A stretch of DNA of 56,236 bases, from NCBI GenBank assembly GCA_045539995.1, contig JAZQGJ010000069.1:1-56236 (forward strand), read 5' to 3'. The notes beneath the pieces were generated by a model. The model searched no databases. It saw nothing but the letters and a program-made list of their open reading frames with translations, and was not told the DNA's origin. Positions 46,374 to 54,464 of the stretch are shown piece by piece. A program made the translations under genes and the position numbers. The stretch's first letter is position 1, and each line of letters begins with the position of its first letter. The stretch comes from Eubacteriales bacterium. GTDB lineage: Bacteria > Bacillota > Clostridia > Oscillospirales > CAG-272.

Positions 46374-46503
46374 TCACCTCTTACGTCGCAGCATGCAGAG
46401 CATGCGGCGGCGCAGATAACCAAGCAAAGCCGAGTCGGCAAGCTCGCTTGTCAGTGAGGCTGCGACGGTTGCTCCGCGAGCGTTGCGACAAGGTCGCAAC
46501 ATA

Positions 46504-46560
46504 GCACGAAGTGCCAAAGCCAAAGGCTTTGAAGCTCGCAAGGAGTATAGTTCAAAGCTC
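46504..46560. repeat. 57-bp direct repeat, left copy (flanks the R-M cassette)
   Basis: GCACGAAGTGCCAAAGCCAAAGGCTTTGAAGCTCGCAAGGAGTATAGTTCAAAGCTC is identical to 51308-51364. Weaker similarity (GTCGCAA..) extends a few nt to the left. Confidence 0.9.
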
Positions 46561-46687
46561 CCTTCAGCCGACATAAAACAAAAATGTTTTTTAAGCAACA
46601 CTCAGAAAGAGCATGCTCCATAGGGCGTACTGCCCGAAAGGGCGAGCAGACCTGCAGAGGTCAATATGGCAAGGTTTCCTGACAAAA

Positions 46688-46733
46688 ATAGGGCGGTTTG
46701 AGAAAAAAGTTTAAGCCGCCCTATTGCTTTTTT
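46688..46733 (+). terminator. hairpin plus T-run upstream of the R-M promoter (insulating terminator or end of an unannotated small transcript)
   Basis: ATAGGGCGG (46688-46696) / CCGCCCTAT (46716-46724) followed by TGCTTTTTT. Confidence 0.55.
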
Positions 46734-46752
46734 CGTAAAAGCGTGCTATAAT
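46724..46752 (+). promoter_or_regulatory. sigma-A promoter of the HTH-mod-res operon
   Basis: TTGCTT (46724-46729), 17 nt, then TATAAT (46747-46752). Confidence 0.6.
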
Positions 46753-46796
46753 AGTAAAGTAGTTAGTTTACTTATATACTTTTAGGAGGTGGCAAG

Positions 46797-47126
46797 GTGG
46801 CGAAAAAGCAATATGCTGAAGGCAGCTTCGGCGCGTATCTGGTAGAGCTTATCAAGGCTCACCATTACTCACATGCAAAATTTGCTACTGCGCTGGGCGT
46901 TTCCAAGACATATCTATTTGACGTGTTCAATGGACGAGTGAAGCCGCCTGCGCCCGATATGCAGGATCGCATAGTCGATCTTTTGAAGTTGCAGGGGAAC
47001 GAGAAGAACGAGTTTTATAACAAAGCGGCTTTGGGGAGAAGTGAGCTTCCTAAGGACATTGTGGATTACCTTATGAAAAATCAGGACGAAATTGATAACC
47101 TTAGAGAAAGAATGAGGGCGATATAA
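46797..47126 (+). CDS. small HTH (XRE-like) DNA-binding protein, candidate controller of the R-M cassette
   Basis: 109 aa. GTG start with an AGGAGG RBS (46784-46789). HTH segment YSHAKFATALGVSKTYLFDVFNG. Its stop overlaps the mod start (TAATG). Confidence 0.6.
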   Translation: MAKKQYAEGSFGAYLVELIKAHHYSHAKFATALGVSKTYLFDVFNGRVKPPAPDMQDRIVDLLKLQGNEKNEFYNKAALGRSELPKDIVDYLMKNQDEIDNLRERMRAI

Positions 47127-49042
47127 TGGCAAACCTTTCTAAAATCAAAAGAGATAATATGATTGCCTTTCTTGAGGAGCTCAAGAAAGAGCATTCGGAT
47201 GATGCTTCCATTCGCGCCTTCAACGAGATTGAAAACCATCTGCGTGATAAGAAGTACGGTCTTGTTTGGGAAGAACATTCCGAGGCTGTTGACGAACTGC
47301 TGGAGGAAAATATTCCCGTATTGACCGCCGATCCAGAACGCCGCTTGTGCAAGGACGAAACGCTTCCGTGGAACTTTATCATTGAGGGTGATAATCTCCA
47401 AGCTCTCTATCTGTTGGAGAAAACCCATCGTGGCAAGGTGGATTGTATCTATATCGATCCCCCTTACAATACTGGAGCACGAGATTGGAAATACAACAAT
47501 GACTATGTAGATGGCAACGATGTATATAGACATAGTAAATGGCTGTCTATGATGAAAAATCGTCTACTGCTTGCAAAGCATCTGCTAAATCCAACGAATT
47601 CTGTTTTGATTTGCACCATTGATGAAAAAGAATTCTTGCACTTAGGATGCCTTCTTGAAGAAATCTTCCCCAACGAAAGTATACAAATGATAAGTTCGGC
47701 AATAAGTAGAGGTGGCTCTTCAAGAAAATCTCAGTTTGGAAGATGCGACGAATATTTGTTTTTTGTTCAAATTGGAAATTCCAAGCCATCGAAATTGCAA
47801 TTAGGTGACGACTGGAAAAGGAATCCTCAAGACAAACGAGCATCTAAATTGAAATGGTATCCGCTAGTACGTCAAGGAAGTGGTGCAATTCCAAAGCCGG
47901 GGACAAAGCTCTTATATCCGATATATTTATCTATGGACAAAACTGCATTTATGGGGGCGGGGGAACCTTTGAAAATAGGGGAAAATCCAGAAAACATTTC
48001 GCATCCAGATAACGTGGTCGTTGTCTGGCCTTTGCGATTGGATGGTTCAGAAGGTCATTGGAGCATGACCAGAGAAAAATTTATAGAGTATTCAAAAAAA
48101 GGATATGTTCGAATAGGGGAAAACAATCAAAAAAGACCCGCACTTTCATATATGACAGAATCAGATATTAAAAGAGTGGAAGATGGTATTTATAGTATTG
48201 AAGGAAGACGACCAGACGGTTCAATAATTTCCAACAGTGAACATACAGAATTCATACCATCTACGCAATGGAAAATAACATCTCATGACGCTTCTGCATA
48301 TGGAACAGACTTACTAAAAAGTGTTTTGGGGGAAAAAAGATTTTCTTATCCAAAATCTCTCTATGCAGTTCATGATGCACTTAGATTTTACATAAACAAC
48401 AAACCTGATGCGGTTATTGTTGACTTTTTTGCTGGTTCAGGAACCACAATGCACGCCGTGAACCTTCTCAATGCCGAGGATGGTGGCAATAGAACTTGTA
48501 TAATGGTTACCAACAACGAAATTTCTGCCGAAGAAGAAAAAAACTTCGCCAAGCAAGGCATAAAAAAAGGCGATGACGAGTGGGAAGAAAAAGGCATAGC
48601 CAAATATGTCACTTGGCCTCGTACTATGTGTTCTATCAATGGTATTGATGTAAATGGAAACCCCATCAAGGGTAATTACTTTGGCAGCGATATTCCAATG
48701 GCAAACGGCTTCCAAGCCAACGTTAAATACTTCAAGTGTTGCTGGACTCCCAGAAAACCAGAAGATTACCTTTTAAGCAACGTACTTTGTCTGCACATCC
48801 GAGAAATGATTGAGCTTCAAAACGCCATTGAGGTTGACAACGTTAAGAACGTGCTTATCCTCAACAAGAGCGACTTTAATAACATCATTCTCAATCCCGA
48901 CATTTACACTCAAATCGAGCACGTCTGGGTAAACCAAAACATCATTTTCAATGCCGAAGAGCTTAAATTGCTGGAAGCCAAGGGCTTCAAGTACATTCCG
49001 AAAGAGTTCTTCGGTCACGAACTAAAGGAGGCGGCAGAATAA
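47126..49042 (+). CDS. mod: Type III restriction-modification methyltransferase (Mod; beta-class N6-adenine/N4-cytosine MTase)
   Basis: 638 aa. Motif IV IYIDPPYNTG (~aa 110) precedes motif I VDFFAGSGTTMHA (~aa 435), with a long variable (TRD) region between them. The N-terminal KKYGLVWEE block is common in Type III Mod proteins as I recall. Confidence 0.8.
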   Translation: MANLSKIKRDNMIAFLEELKKEHSDDASIRAFNEIENHLRDKKYGLVWEEHSEAVDELLEENIPVLTADPERRLCKDETLPWNFIIEGDNLQALYLLEKTHRGKVDCIYIDPPYNTGARDWKYNNDYVDGNDVYRHSKWLSMMKNRLLLAKHLLNPTNSVLICTIDEKEFLHLGCLLEEIFPNESIQMISSAISRGGSSRKSQFGRCDEYLFFVQIGNSKPSKLQLGDDWKRNPQDKRASKLKWYPLVRQGSGAIPKPGTKLLYPIYLSMDKTAFMGAGEPLKIGENPENISHPDNVVVVWPLRLDGSEGHWSMTREKFIEYSKKGYVRIGENNQKRPALSYMTESDIKRVEDGIYSIEGRRPDGSIISNSEHTEFIPSTQWKITSHDASAYGTDLLKSVLGEKRFSYPKSLYAVHDALRFYINNKPDAVIVDFFAGSGTTMHAVNLLNAEDGGNRTCIMVTNNEISAEEEKNFAKQGIKKGDDEWEEKGIAKYVTWPRTMCSINGIDVNGNPIKGNYFGSDIPMANGFQANVKYFKCCWTPRKPEDYLLSNVLCLHIREMIELQNAIEVDNVKNVLILNKSDFNNIILNPDIYTQIEHVWVNQNIIFNAEELKLLEAKGFKYIPKEFFGHELKEAAE

Positions 49043-51285
49043 TGTTTAATGCAAAATTATATGAATTTCAAGAAAAGCACGAAGTCAATTTACTAAACAA
49101 GTGCGCCGACCACGAAGAAATGATTCTCTGCGCTCCTACCGGTTCCGGAAAGACGGTGATGATGTGCAAGTTTATTGACGATTACCTCGACGAGAATCCC
49201 AACACGGTATTTTTGTGGCTCTGCCCGGGAGCTGGGGGGTTGCATAAACAATCCGAGGACAGCTTTGCAGAAACCACTTCGGGCATCCCTTACGGTGATG
49301 TGTACGGCTTCATTACTGAACCCGACCCCAGAGGTCACGTGTTCTTCATCAACTGGGATAAGATCAATAGGAACTCCAACGTGGTGCTCCGTGAGGGCGA
49401 GCACAAGGACTTGATGAGCAAGGTGTTGGCGTGCCACAATAGCGGCGTCGACATCTTTATGCTCATCGACGAGGAACACAAGTACAAGGATACGGCTAAC
49501 GAGTACATCGGCAACATTCAGCCCAAGCACGTGCTTCGTATTTCGGCTACTCCTATCAGCCAAGGCGATCACGTGGAAACCATTAAGGATGATGAAGTAA
49601 TTGCCGCAGGGCTTATTGCTACTGGTATTTCCATCAACGAGGGCGTTTCTCACGCCATCCAAGAGAACAACAATCTGGATGATGATCTTCTGCTACTTGA
49701 TCTTGCCGACAAGAAGCGTAAGGAAATTCAAGCGGAGTATGATCGTCTGGGGCTGAAGATCCGTCCTCTCGTATTGATACAGTTTCCTAACGGTAGTGAG
49801 GAATGGATAGAAAGAGTTAAAGGGGCTCTTGCCGATATGGGCTACGGCGACAATTCTGGGCTGGTAGCATCGTGGTTTAGCGGCGACCATCCAGATAACC
49901 CCGAAGAAATCAAGAAGCTCGATGGACACTACGCATTCCTTCTGTTCAAGCAAGCGATTGCTACTGGTTGGGATTGTCCGAGAGCCAAGATATTGGTTAA
50001 GCTCCGTGAGGGCGGCACAGAACGCTTCAACATCCAGACGGTTGGACGAATCCGCAGAATGCCCCTGCGTGAGCATTACGATATTGATTTGCTGGATAAC
50101 TGCTATCTTTATACGCTGGATAGCCAGTTCCAAGAAGGACTTACAAGTGGTCTTAGCGACAGCTTCTACACCTATCAGTATCACAGAAAGTTCACATCAC
50201 CCAACATTGTGCTCACCAAGGAAACGCTGAATGGAAGTGACCGTTTCGCTGTCAATCCAGAAGCCGTGGTCAAGGTGGTGCGTGAAGCTATGCTCAGGGA
50301 GTGCGACATCGACAAGAACGGCAGACTTGACAAGCGTGAAATGGAAGTCAGCAAGGGCTACGTGTTCGGCACGAAGCTCAAGACAACTGCTATTGAGGGC
50401 GTGGCACGTACTACGCACGATATGATGAAGCTCAACCCCATCTTTGGCGGTGAGCACCAGATAAACAACCACGATGATGGTTTCATCATACGTGATGCCA
50501 AGCGTAGAATTGCCAGAGCTATCGGCGTGGACGAGAACATTTCCAACAACGCCTTGCGAATTCTTTTTGGACCAGAGGACATGCAAATGTCCTTACTCTC
50601 CGAAGAAGAAAAGGCGTTTGAGAGTGAGCACAAGCTCCTCTCTGATATGACACTCCGCGAGTATAACGCTTTCCTTGTCAACAACCGTGATAGGCTGGTC
50701 GAGGTGTTCAGCACCATCAGCGAAACCGAAATAGGTGACATCAAGGAAACCGATGTCATTGTATCGGATTGGGGCATTCCGTCCTATCAGTACTACAAGC
50801 AACACAAGAAGTTCGCCGTAAACAAGTTCTTAACCAAAAACGTGTTTGATAACTATGGTGACAACATTCTGTTGCCTCCTAACAGAACTGTAACCGAGGT
50901 GGAATTTGAGAGATGGTGCGAGGGCTACGACGCCGTCAAGCACATCTACAAGAACGGCGATAAGGGTGACGATTTCTTCAGCGTTATCTATCGCAAGGCG
51001 TTCCGAAGAAGCAACTTCTACCCCGACTACATCATCCAGCTTGAAAACGGCGATGTATGGGTGATTGAAGCCAAGGGCGGTATGACCGCCGAAGGTGCAT
51101 CCAACAACATCGACAGCTACGCCCCCAAGAAGTTTGAAGCATTGAAAGCCTACGCCGAAAGAGTGGGCGGCTTCAAGTGGGGCTTTGTTCGTGCCGTTGG
51201 TACACAGCTTTACATGTCCAACACCGTGTGGACGGAGGATGTGACCAATAGGAACGTGTGGAAGCCTATTGAAGTGTTCATCTAA
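49042..51285 (+). CDS. res: Type III restriction enzyme Res subunit (SF2 helicase + C-terminal PD-(D/E)xK nuclease)
   Basis: 747 aa. Helicase motifs I CAPTGSGKT, II IDEEH, III SATP and VI QTVGRIRR. The C-terminal PDYIIQL...VWVIEAKG is a PD...ExK nuclease motif. Its start overlaps the mod stop (TAATG). Confidence 0.75.
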   Translation: MFNAKLYEFQEKHEVNLLNKCADHEEMILCAPTGSGKTVMMCKFIDDYLDENPNTVFLWLCPGAGGLHKQSEDSFAETTSGIPYGDVYGFITEPDPRGHVFFINWDKINRNSNVVLREGEHKDLMSKVLACHNSGVDIFMLIDEEHKYKDTANEYIGNIQPKHVLRISATPISQGDHVETIKDDEVIAAGLIATGISINEGVSHAIQENNNLDDDLLLLDLADKKRKEIQAEYDRLGLKIRPLVLIQFPNGSEEWIERVKGALADMGYGDNSGLVASWFSGDHPDNPEEIKKLDGHYAFLLFKQAIATGWDCPRAKILVKLREGGTERFNIQTVGRIRRMPLREHYDIDLLDNCYLYTLDSQFQEGLTSGLSDSFYTYQYHRKFTSPNIVLTKETLNGSDRFAVNPEAVVKVVREAMLRECDIDKNGRLDKREMEVSKGYVFGTKLKTTAIEGVARTTHDMMKLNPIFGGEHQINNHDDGFIIRDAKRRIARAIGVDENISNNALRILFGPEDMQMSLLSEEEKAFESEHKLLSDMTLREYNAFLVNNRDRLVEVFSTISETEIGDIKETDVIVSDWGIPSYQYYKQHKKFAVNKFLTKNVFDNYGDNILLPPNRTVTEVEFERWCEGYDAVKHIYKNGDKGDDFFSVIYRKAFRRSNFYPDYIIQLENGDVWVIEAKGGMTAEGASNNIDSYAPKKFEALKAYAERVGGFKWGFVRAVGTQLYMSNTVWTEDVTNRNVWKPIEVFI

Positions 51286-51307
51286 TTAGAAGACCTCGTC
51301 GCAATAC

Positions 51308-51364
51308 GCACGAAGTGCCAAAGCCAAAGGCTTTGAAGCTCGCAAGGAGTATAGTTCAAAGCTC
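51308..51364. repeat. 57-bp direct repeat, right copy
   Basis: Identical to 46504-46560. It begins 23 bp after the res stop codon. Confidence 0.9.
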
Positions 51365-51485
51365 TTCCCCACATAAGAAAATTTTTTCGCCAAACAAAGA
51401 CCGCAATTCTATAAAAAGTGATTGCGGTTTTGCTTTTTTTGTGTTACAATATATTACCTTAACAATTTTACAGGAGGGAAATTTT

Positions 51486-51944
51486 ATGTGGTACAAAATA
51501 CTTGTAGAAAACGAGTTCGCAGATTATTTGATTAACTGCGCTGACTCCCCGCAGAATGCCGATGATGAGCAAAAAACAGAGCAAATGCTTAAGGAATATT
51601 CAGACCTTGTATATGGCGTAGTCATAGCGTGGGCGTTTTATGACTCACCTAAAATAGATAAAATTGCGGAAGGTCTCGCCAAAATGAGTCCACTCGCCGT
51701 GTACTCTTTTGATTTTTGTCTTAATCATATTCCACTCACAAAAACAAAAAATTTAGGCGCTGTTTTTCATTCCATTCCCCGTGATTCAGATTTGGAATCG
51801 TTGAGCGCAGAACAGTGTGCTTCCTCTCTTATATACCCTTTTCTATCCAGAATGGGACAGCCCTCATTTGAAAAAGAATTTCTAATGAGCGGCGGCTTGA
51901 AAGAGCATCTCGTCGTCCTTAAAAGTAAATGCGCGAGGGCTTAA
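51486..51944 (+). CDS. hypothetical protein (no recognisable domain)
   Basis: 152 aa from ATG 51486 with an AGGAGGG RBS. An extended -10-like TGTGTTACAAT lies upstream. The ORF-track start at 51315 sits inside the direct repeat and is rejected. Confidence 0.5.
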   Translation: MWYKILVENEFADYLINCADSPQNADDEQKTEQMLKEYSDLVYGVVIAWAFYDSPKIDKIAEGLAKMSPLAVYSFDFCLNHIPLTKTKNLGAVFHSIPRDSDLESLSAEQCASSLIYPFLSRMGQPSFEKEFLMSGGLKEHLVVLKSKCARA

Positions 51945-52011
51945 TATATAAAATTGCGTTTATTAGCCAAGATACAGAAAAAGAGGCGCCGTTCAATGCG
52001 CCCCTTTTTGC

Positions 52012-52287
52012 TCATTCCACATTTAAGCTCATAACCTCAATGGCAATTCTCGCTCCAAGCCGAAACGCATACACAAATATTTCACGCTCGTTGATATTCG
52101 TCAGCTCGGCGTAGCAGTCATCGAATTTTTCAAGTATTTCCTTTTGCTTCTCTGTGAGCGTTGACTTTAGGTTGTCGTGATGGTCGGCAATGTACCCCAT
52201 CAGCTCTCTTACCTCTTTGGTTGCTTCTCGGCATACAGTATTCGGATAAATATTACCGTACCACAGTTCTTCAAGTATACTCCTCAT
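52012..52287 (-). CDS. small hypothetical protein (helical), divergent partner of an XRE regulator
   Basis: 91 aa from ATG 52287 (AGAGAGG RBS). The MRSILEELWYGNI... type is seen in Clostridia accessory regions, but I cannot name the family. Confidence 0.5.
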   Translation of the reverse strand: MRSILEELWYGNIYPNTVCREATKEVRELMGYIADHHDNLKSTLTEKQKEILEKFDDCYAELTNINEREIFVYAFRLGARIAIEVMSLNVE

Positions 52288-52419
52288 TAAAACCTCTCTG
52301 TTGTGAATTTGATTGGAAAACATCCCATCAAAAATCATTATATCACATTTTGAGATAAAAGTCAATATCTCATATCGAGATGTGGTATTATTTTTATGAG
52401 AAAATGAAGGGGGTCAAAT

Positions 52420-52626
52420 ATGCGTATCAGAGATTTGAGAGAAGATAACAATTTAACTCAAGAAGATGTTGCGAAATATTTACATATAAAACAAAACACG
52501 TACTCTCAATATGAAAATGAGCAACGGCAATTACCGATATCCTGCTTAATTGCATTAGCTAAGCTTTACAAAACATCTACTGATTATATTTTGGGTTTAA
52601 CGGATAATAAAAATCCTATTCATTGA
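52420..52626 (+). CDS. XRE-family HTH transcriptional regulator
   Basis: 68 aa. The classic HTH_3 sequence IRDLREDNNLTQEDVAKYLHIKQNTYSQYENEQRQ. GAAGGGGG RBS. Confidence 0.85.
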   Translation: MRIRDLREDNNLTQEDVAKYLHIKQNTYSQYENEQRQLPISCLIALAKLYKTSTDYILGLTDNKNPIH

Positions 52627-52703
52627 ATTAACTTTTGTATCAAAATTTTAGCTTATATCCGAACAGGAAAAAGCATAGTAAAGCAGTTTTTTATCAATAT
52701 CAA

Positions 52704-52732
52704 AAGGGACGAGGATTTCTCGTCCCTTTTTC
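52704..52732 (+). terminator. intrinsic terminator after the XRE gene
   Basis: GGGACGAG (52706-52713) / CTCGTCCC (52719-52726) plus TTTTT. Confidence 0.8.
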
Positions 52733-52795
52733 ACGCGCCCTTACCTGCAAGGTATAGTACCTTTTCATTTTTCGGGTAGTAATAAGTGAAGTTTT

Positions 52796-52970
52796 CACTA
52801 ACGTGAAAGTGAAGTTGCTACGCAATGAAGTTTGCCGCTTTTCGATGCAAAGCATCAAGTGAAGTTAAGTTTGCCCACTTTGCCGTAGGCAAAACTTCAC
52901 TATCCGCAGGATAACTTCACTTACGAAGTAAACTTCATTTGCCCGCAGGACAAACTTAGTTCGGTGACCT
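52796..52970. repeat. array of RTGAAGTT octamers (4 forward) followed by AACTTCAY octamers (3-4 inverted)
   Basis: Forward copies: GTGAAGTT at 52796, 52819 and 52869, and ATGAAGTT at 52836. Then AACTTCAC twice, AACTTCAT and AAACTTAG on the right half. The arms are interleaved with short GC palindromes (GCCGTAGGC, ATCCGCAGGAT, CCCGCAGG). Confidence 0.8.
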
Positions 52971-52973
52971 GCT

Positions 52974-54452
52974 TCATCGCAGGTCGCCGTAAAGCTTCCT
53001 CAAGGCGCAGTATTTTTCATACTTTTTGTCATAAAGGGCCTTGTTTTTTTCGTTCGGCTGATACGGCTTTCCGTAGCGCAGAAAGGGCTTGGCGACGTCG
53101 AAAATCGGTTTTTTCTTGCTTGCGGCGAAGCCTAAGATTGCGCTGCCCATAGCGCCCGTCTCGTCTGCCAAAACGGGAATGATCTCAACTCCTAAGACGT
53201 CCGCCTTTATCTGAAGCCACGGGGCGCTTTTTGCGCCGCCGCCGCAGGCAAAAAGACGGTCTATTTTTATTCCGCCATCGTGTAGCTTCTCCTGATTATA
53301 GCGCATTTCCAGAGTTATTCCCTCAAGTGTCGCGCGATAAATATCGGGCAGTCTCGTGCTTGTCGTCAGCCCCGCGACAAGACCTGTCGCGGCAGCGTCA
53401 ACGTCGGGCGTGCCGCCCATTCCCTGTAAAAAGGGCAAGACGATAAGAGACGACGGCTCGTCGGGGCAGGTATCGTCCATATACGCATAGAGGCTTTTTC
53501 CCGCCTCCCTTGCCTTTTGTGAAAGCGCGTGTTCAAAGCAGTCTCTGTACCAACGGACAACCGAGCCTGCGGAAACGTTATACGCATACGTCACGTAGCC
53601 GTCCGTATCAAGATAGGGTACGCAGGCGAAGTGATTTTCCTGAAACTCCGCATTTTCGGGCATACTCGCAAAGAATGGCGTAACACATTCGCAGGTACCC
53701 GAGGTATCTACTGCGTCGCTTGGATTTAATACGCCTGCGCCAAGCGCGTTTACTATCTGGTCGTGTCCGCCGACAACGACAAGCGTGTCGGGATTAAGAC
53801 CAAGCGTCTTCGCAAGAGAGGGCAATATTTTGCCGATAACCGAGCCTGTGGGAACGACGTCGGGAAGCTCGTCTCTTAAAATACCCGTCGCGGAGAGAAG
53901 CTCATCTGACCAATCTCTTTTTTCCACGTCTAAAAGGAGACTGCGGCAGGCGAGAGAAACGTCTGTCGTTGTTTCGCCCGACAAAAGATAGGTAATATAG
54001 CTCGCAACGAAAAGGAATTTCCAGACGGGCTTTTCTGCGATCTCTTTAGTGTAGAGCATATTTGCGAGAGAGAAAGACGGATCGGGCAAAAGCTTCGCTA
54101 TTCTGACAAACTTATCCTTGCCGATGCCGTCAATAAGACGGTCAAAGGCGCTTGTATCGTGGTTTCCAAAGTAAAGAAGAATGTCTCCGACGCTCTGCCC
54201 GTCCCTGTCAATAGCGACAAAGGACTCGCCAAAGGAGGCCACCGTAATGGCGCAGACCTTTTGCGCGTCAATTTTCTTTATACATTCCTCTAAGACGAAG
54301 AACACGCTGTCCGCAAGTGTTTTCGGGGGGAGCGTAGCGCTGCCTGAGGGAAGACCGTATTCCTTATACGCTTTCGCTCTCTCTACGCCGCCGTCGGTAA
54401 AGGCTACGCATTTACAGCCCGTGCCGCCGATATCTATACCAAGACTATACAT
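52974..54452 (-). CDS. FGGY-family carbohydrate kinase (xylulokinase/ribulokinase-like)
   Basis: 492 aa. N-terminal GIDIGGTGCK, plus the HDQ and GGGAKS motifs of FGGY kinases. Confidence 0.8.
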   Translation of the reverse strand: MYSLGIDIGGTGCKCVAFTDGGVERAKAYKEYGLPSGSATLPPKTLADSVFFVLEECIKKIDAQKVCAITVASFGESFVAIDRDGQSVGDILLYFGNHDTSAFDRLIDGIGKDKFVRIAKLLPDPSFSLANMLYTKEIAEKPVWKFLFVASYITYLLSGETTTDVSLACRSLLLDVEKRDWSDELLSATGILRDELPDVVPTGSVIGKILPSLAKTLGLNPDTLVVVGGHDQIVNALGAGVLNPSDAVDTSGTCECVTPFFASMPENAEFQENHFACVPYLDTDGYVTYAYNVSAGSVVRWYRDCFEHALSQKAREAGKSLYAYMDDTCPDEPSSLIVLPFLQGMGGTPDVDAAATGLVAGLTTSTRLPDIYRATLEGITLEMRYNQEKLHDGGIKIDRLFACGGGAKSAPWLQIKADVLGVEIIPVLADETGAMGSAILGFAASKKKPIFDVAKPFLRYGKPYQPNEKNKALYDKKYEKYCALRKLYGDLR

Positions 54453-54464
54453 AAAATAGTCCCC

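Larger units (their letters stand above)
46504..51364. mobile_element. putative inserted cassette (HTH + Type III Mod + Res) bounded by 57-bp direct repeats; no recombinase
   Basis: Perfect direct repeats mark both ends. The cassette is adjacent to a tRNA gene. By eye its codon and base usage differ from the flanking core genes. It is a self-contained promoter-to-stop unit. Confidence 0.4.

Noticed and set aside
46374-46601. 75-aa minus-strand ORF next to tRNA-Ser
   Set aside because: It has no RBS, its Arg/Ala/Leu-rich sequence derives from GC-palindromic DNA, and it overlaps the direct repeat. It is most likely non-coding.
51315-51485. Upstream start of the 209-aa ORF following res
   Set aside because: It would begin inside the 57-bp direct repeat and read through a hairpin plus T-run (about 51398-51440). 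The promoter-like TGTGTTACAAT and an AGGAGGG RBS precede ATG 51486.
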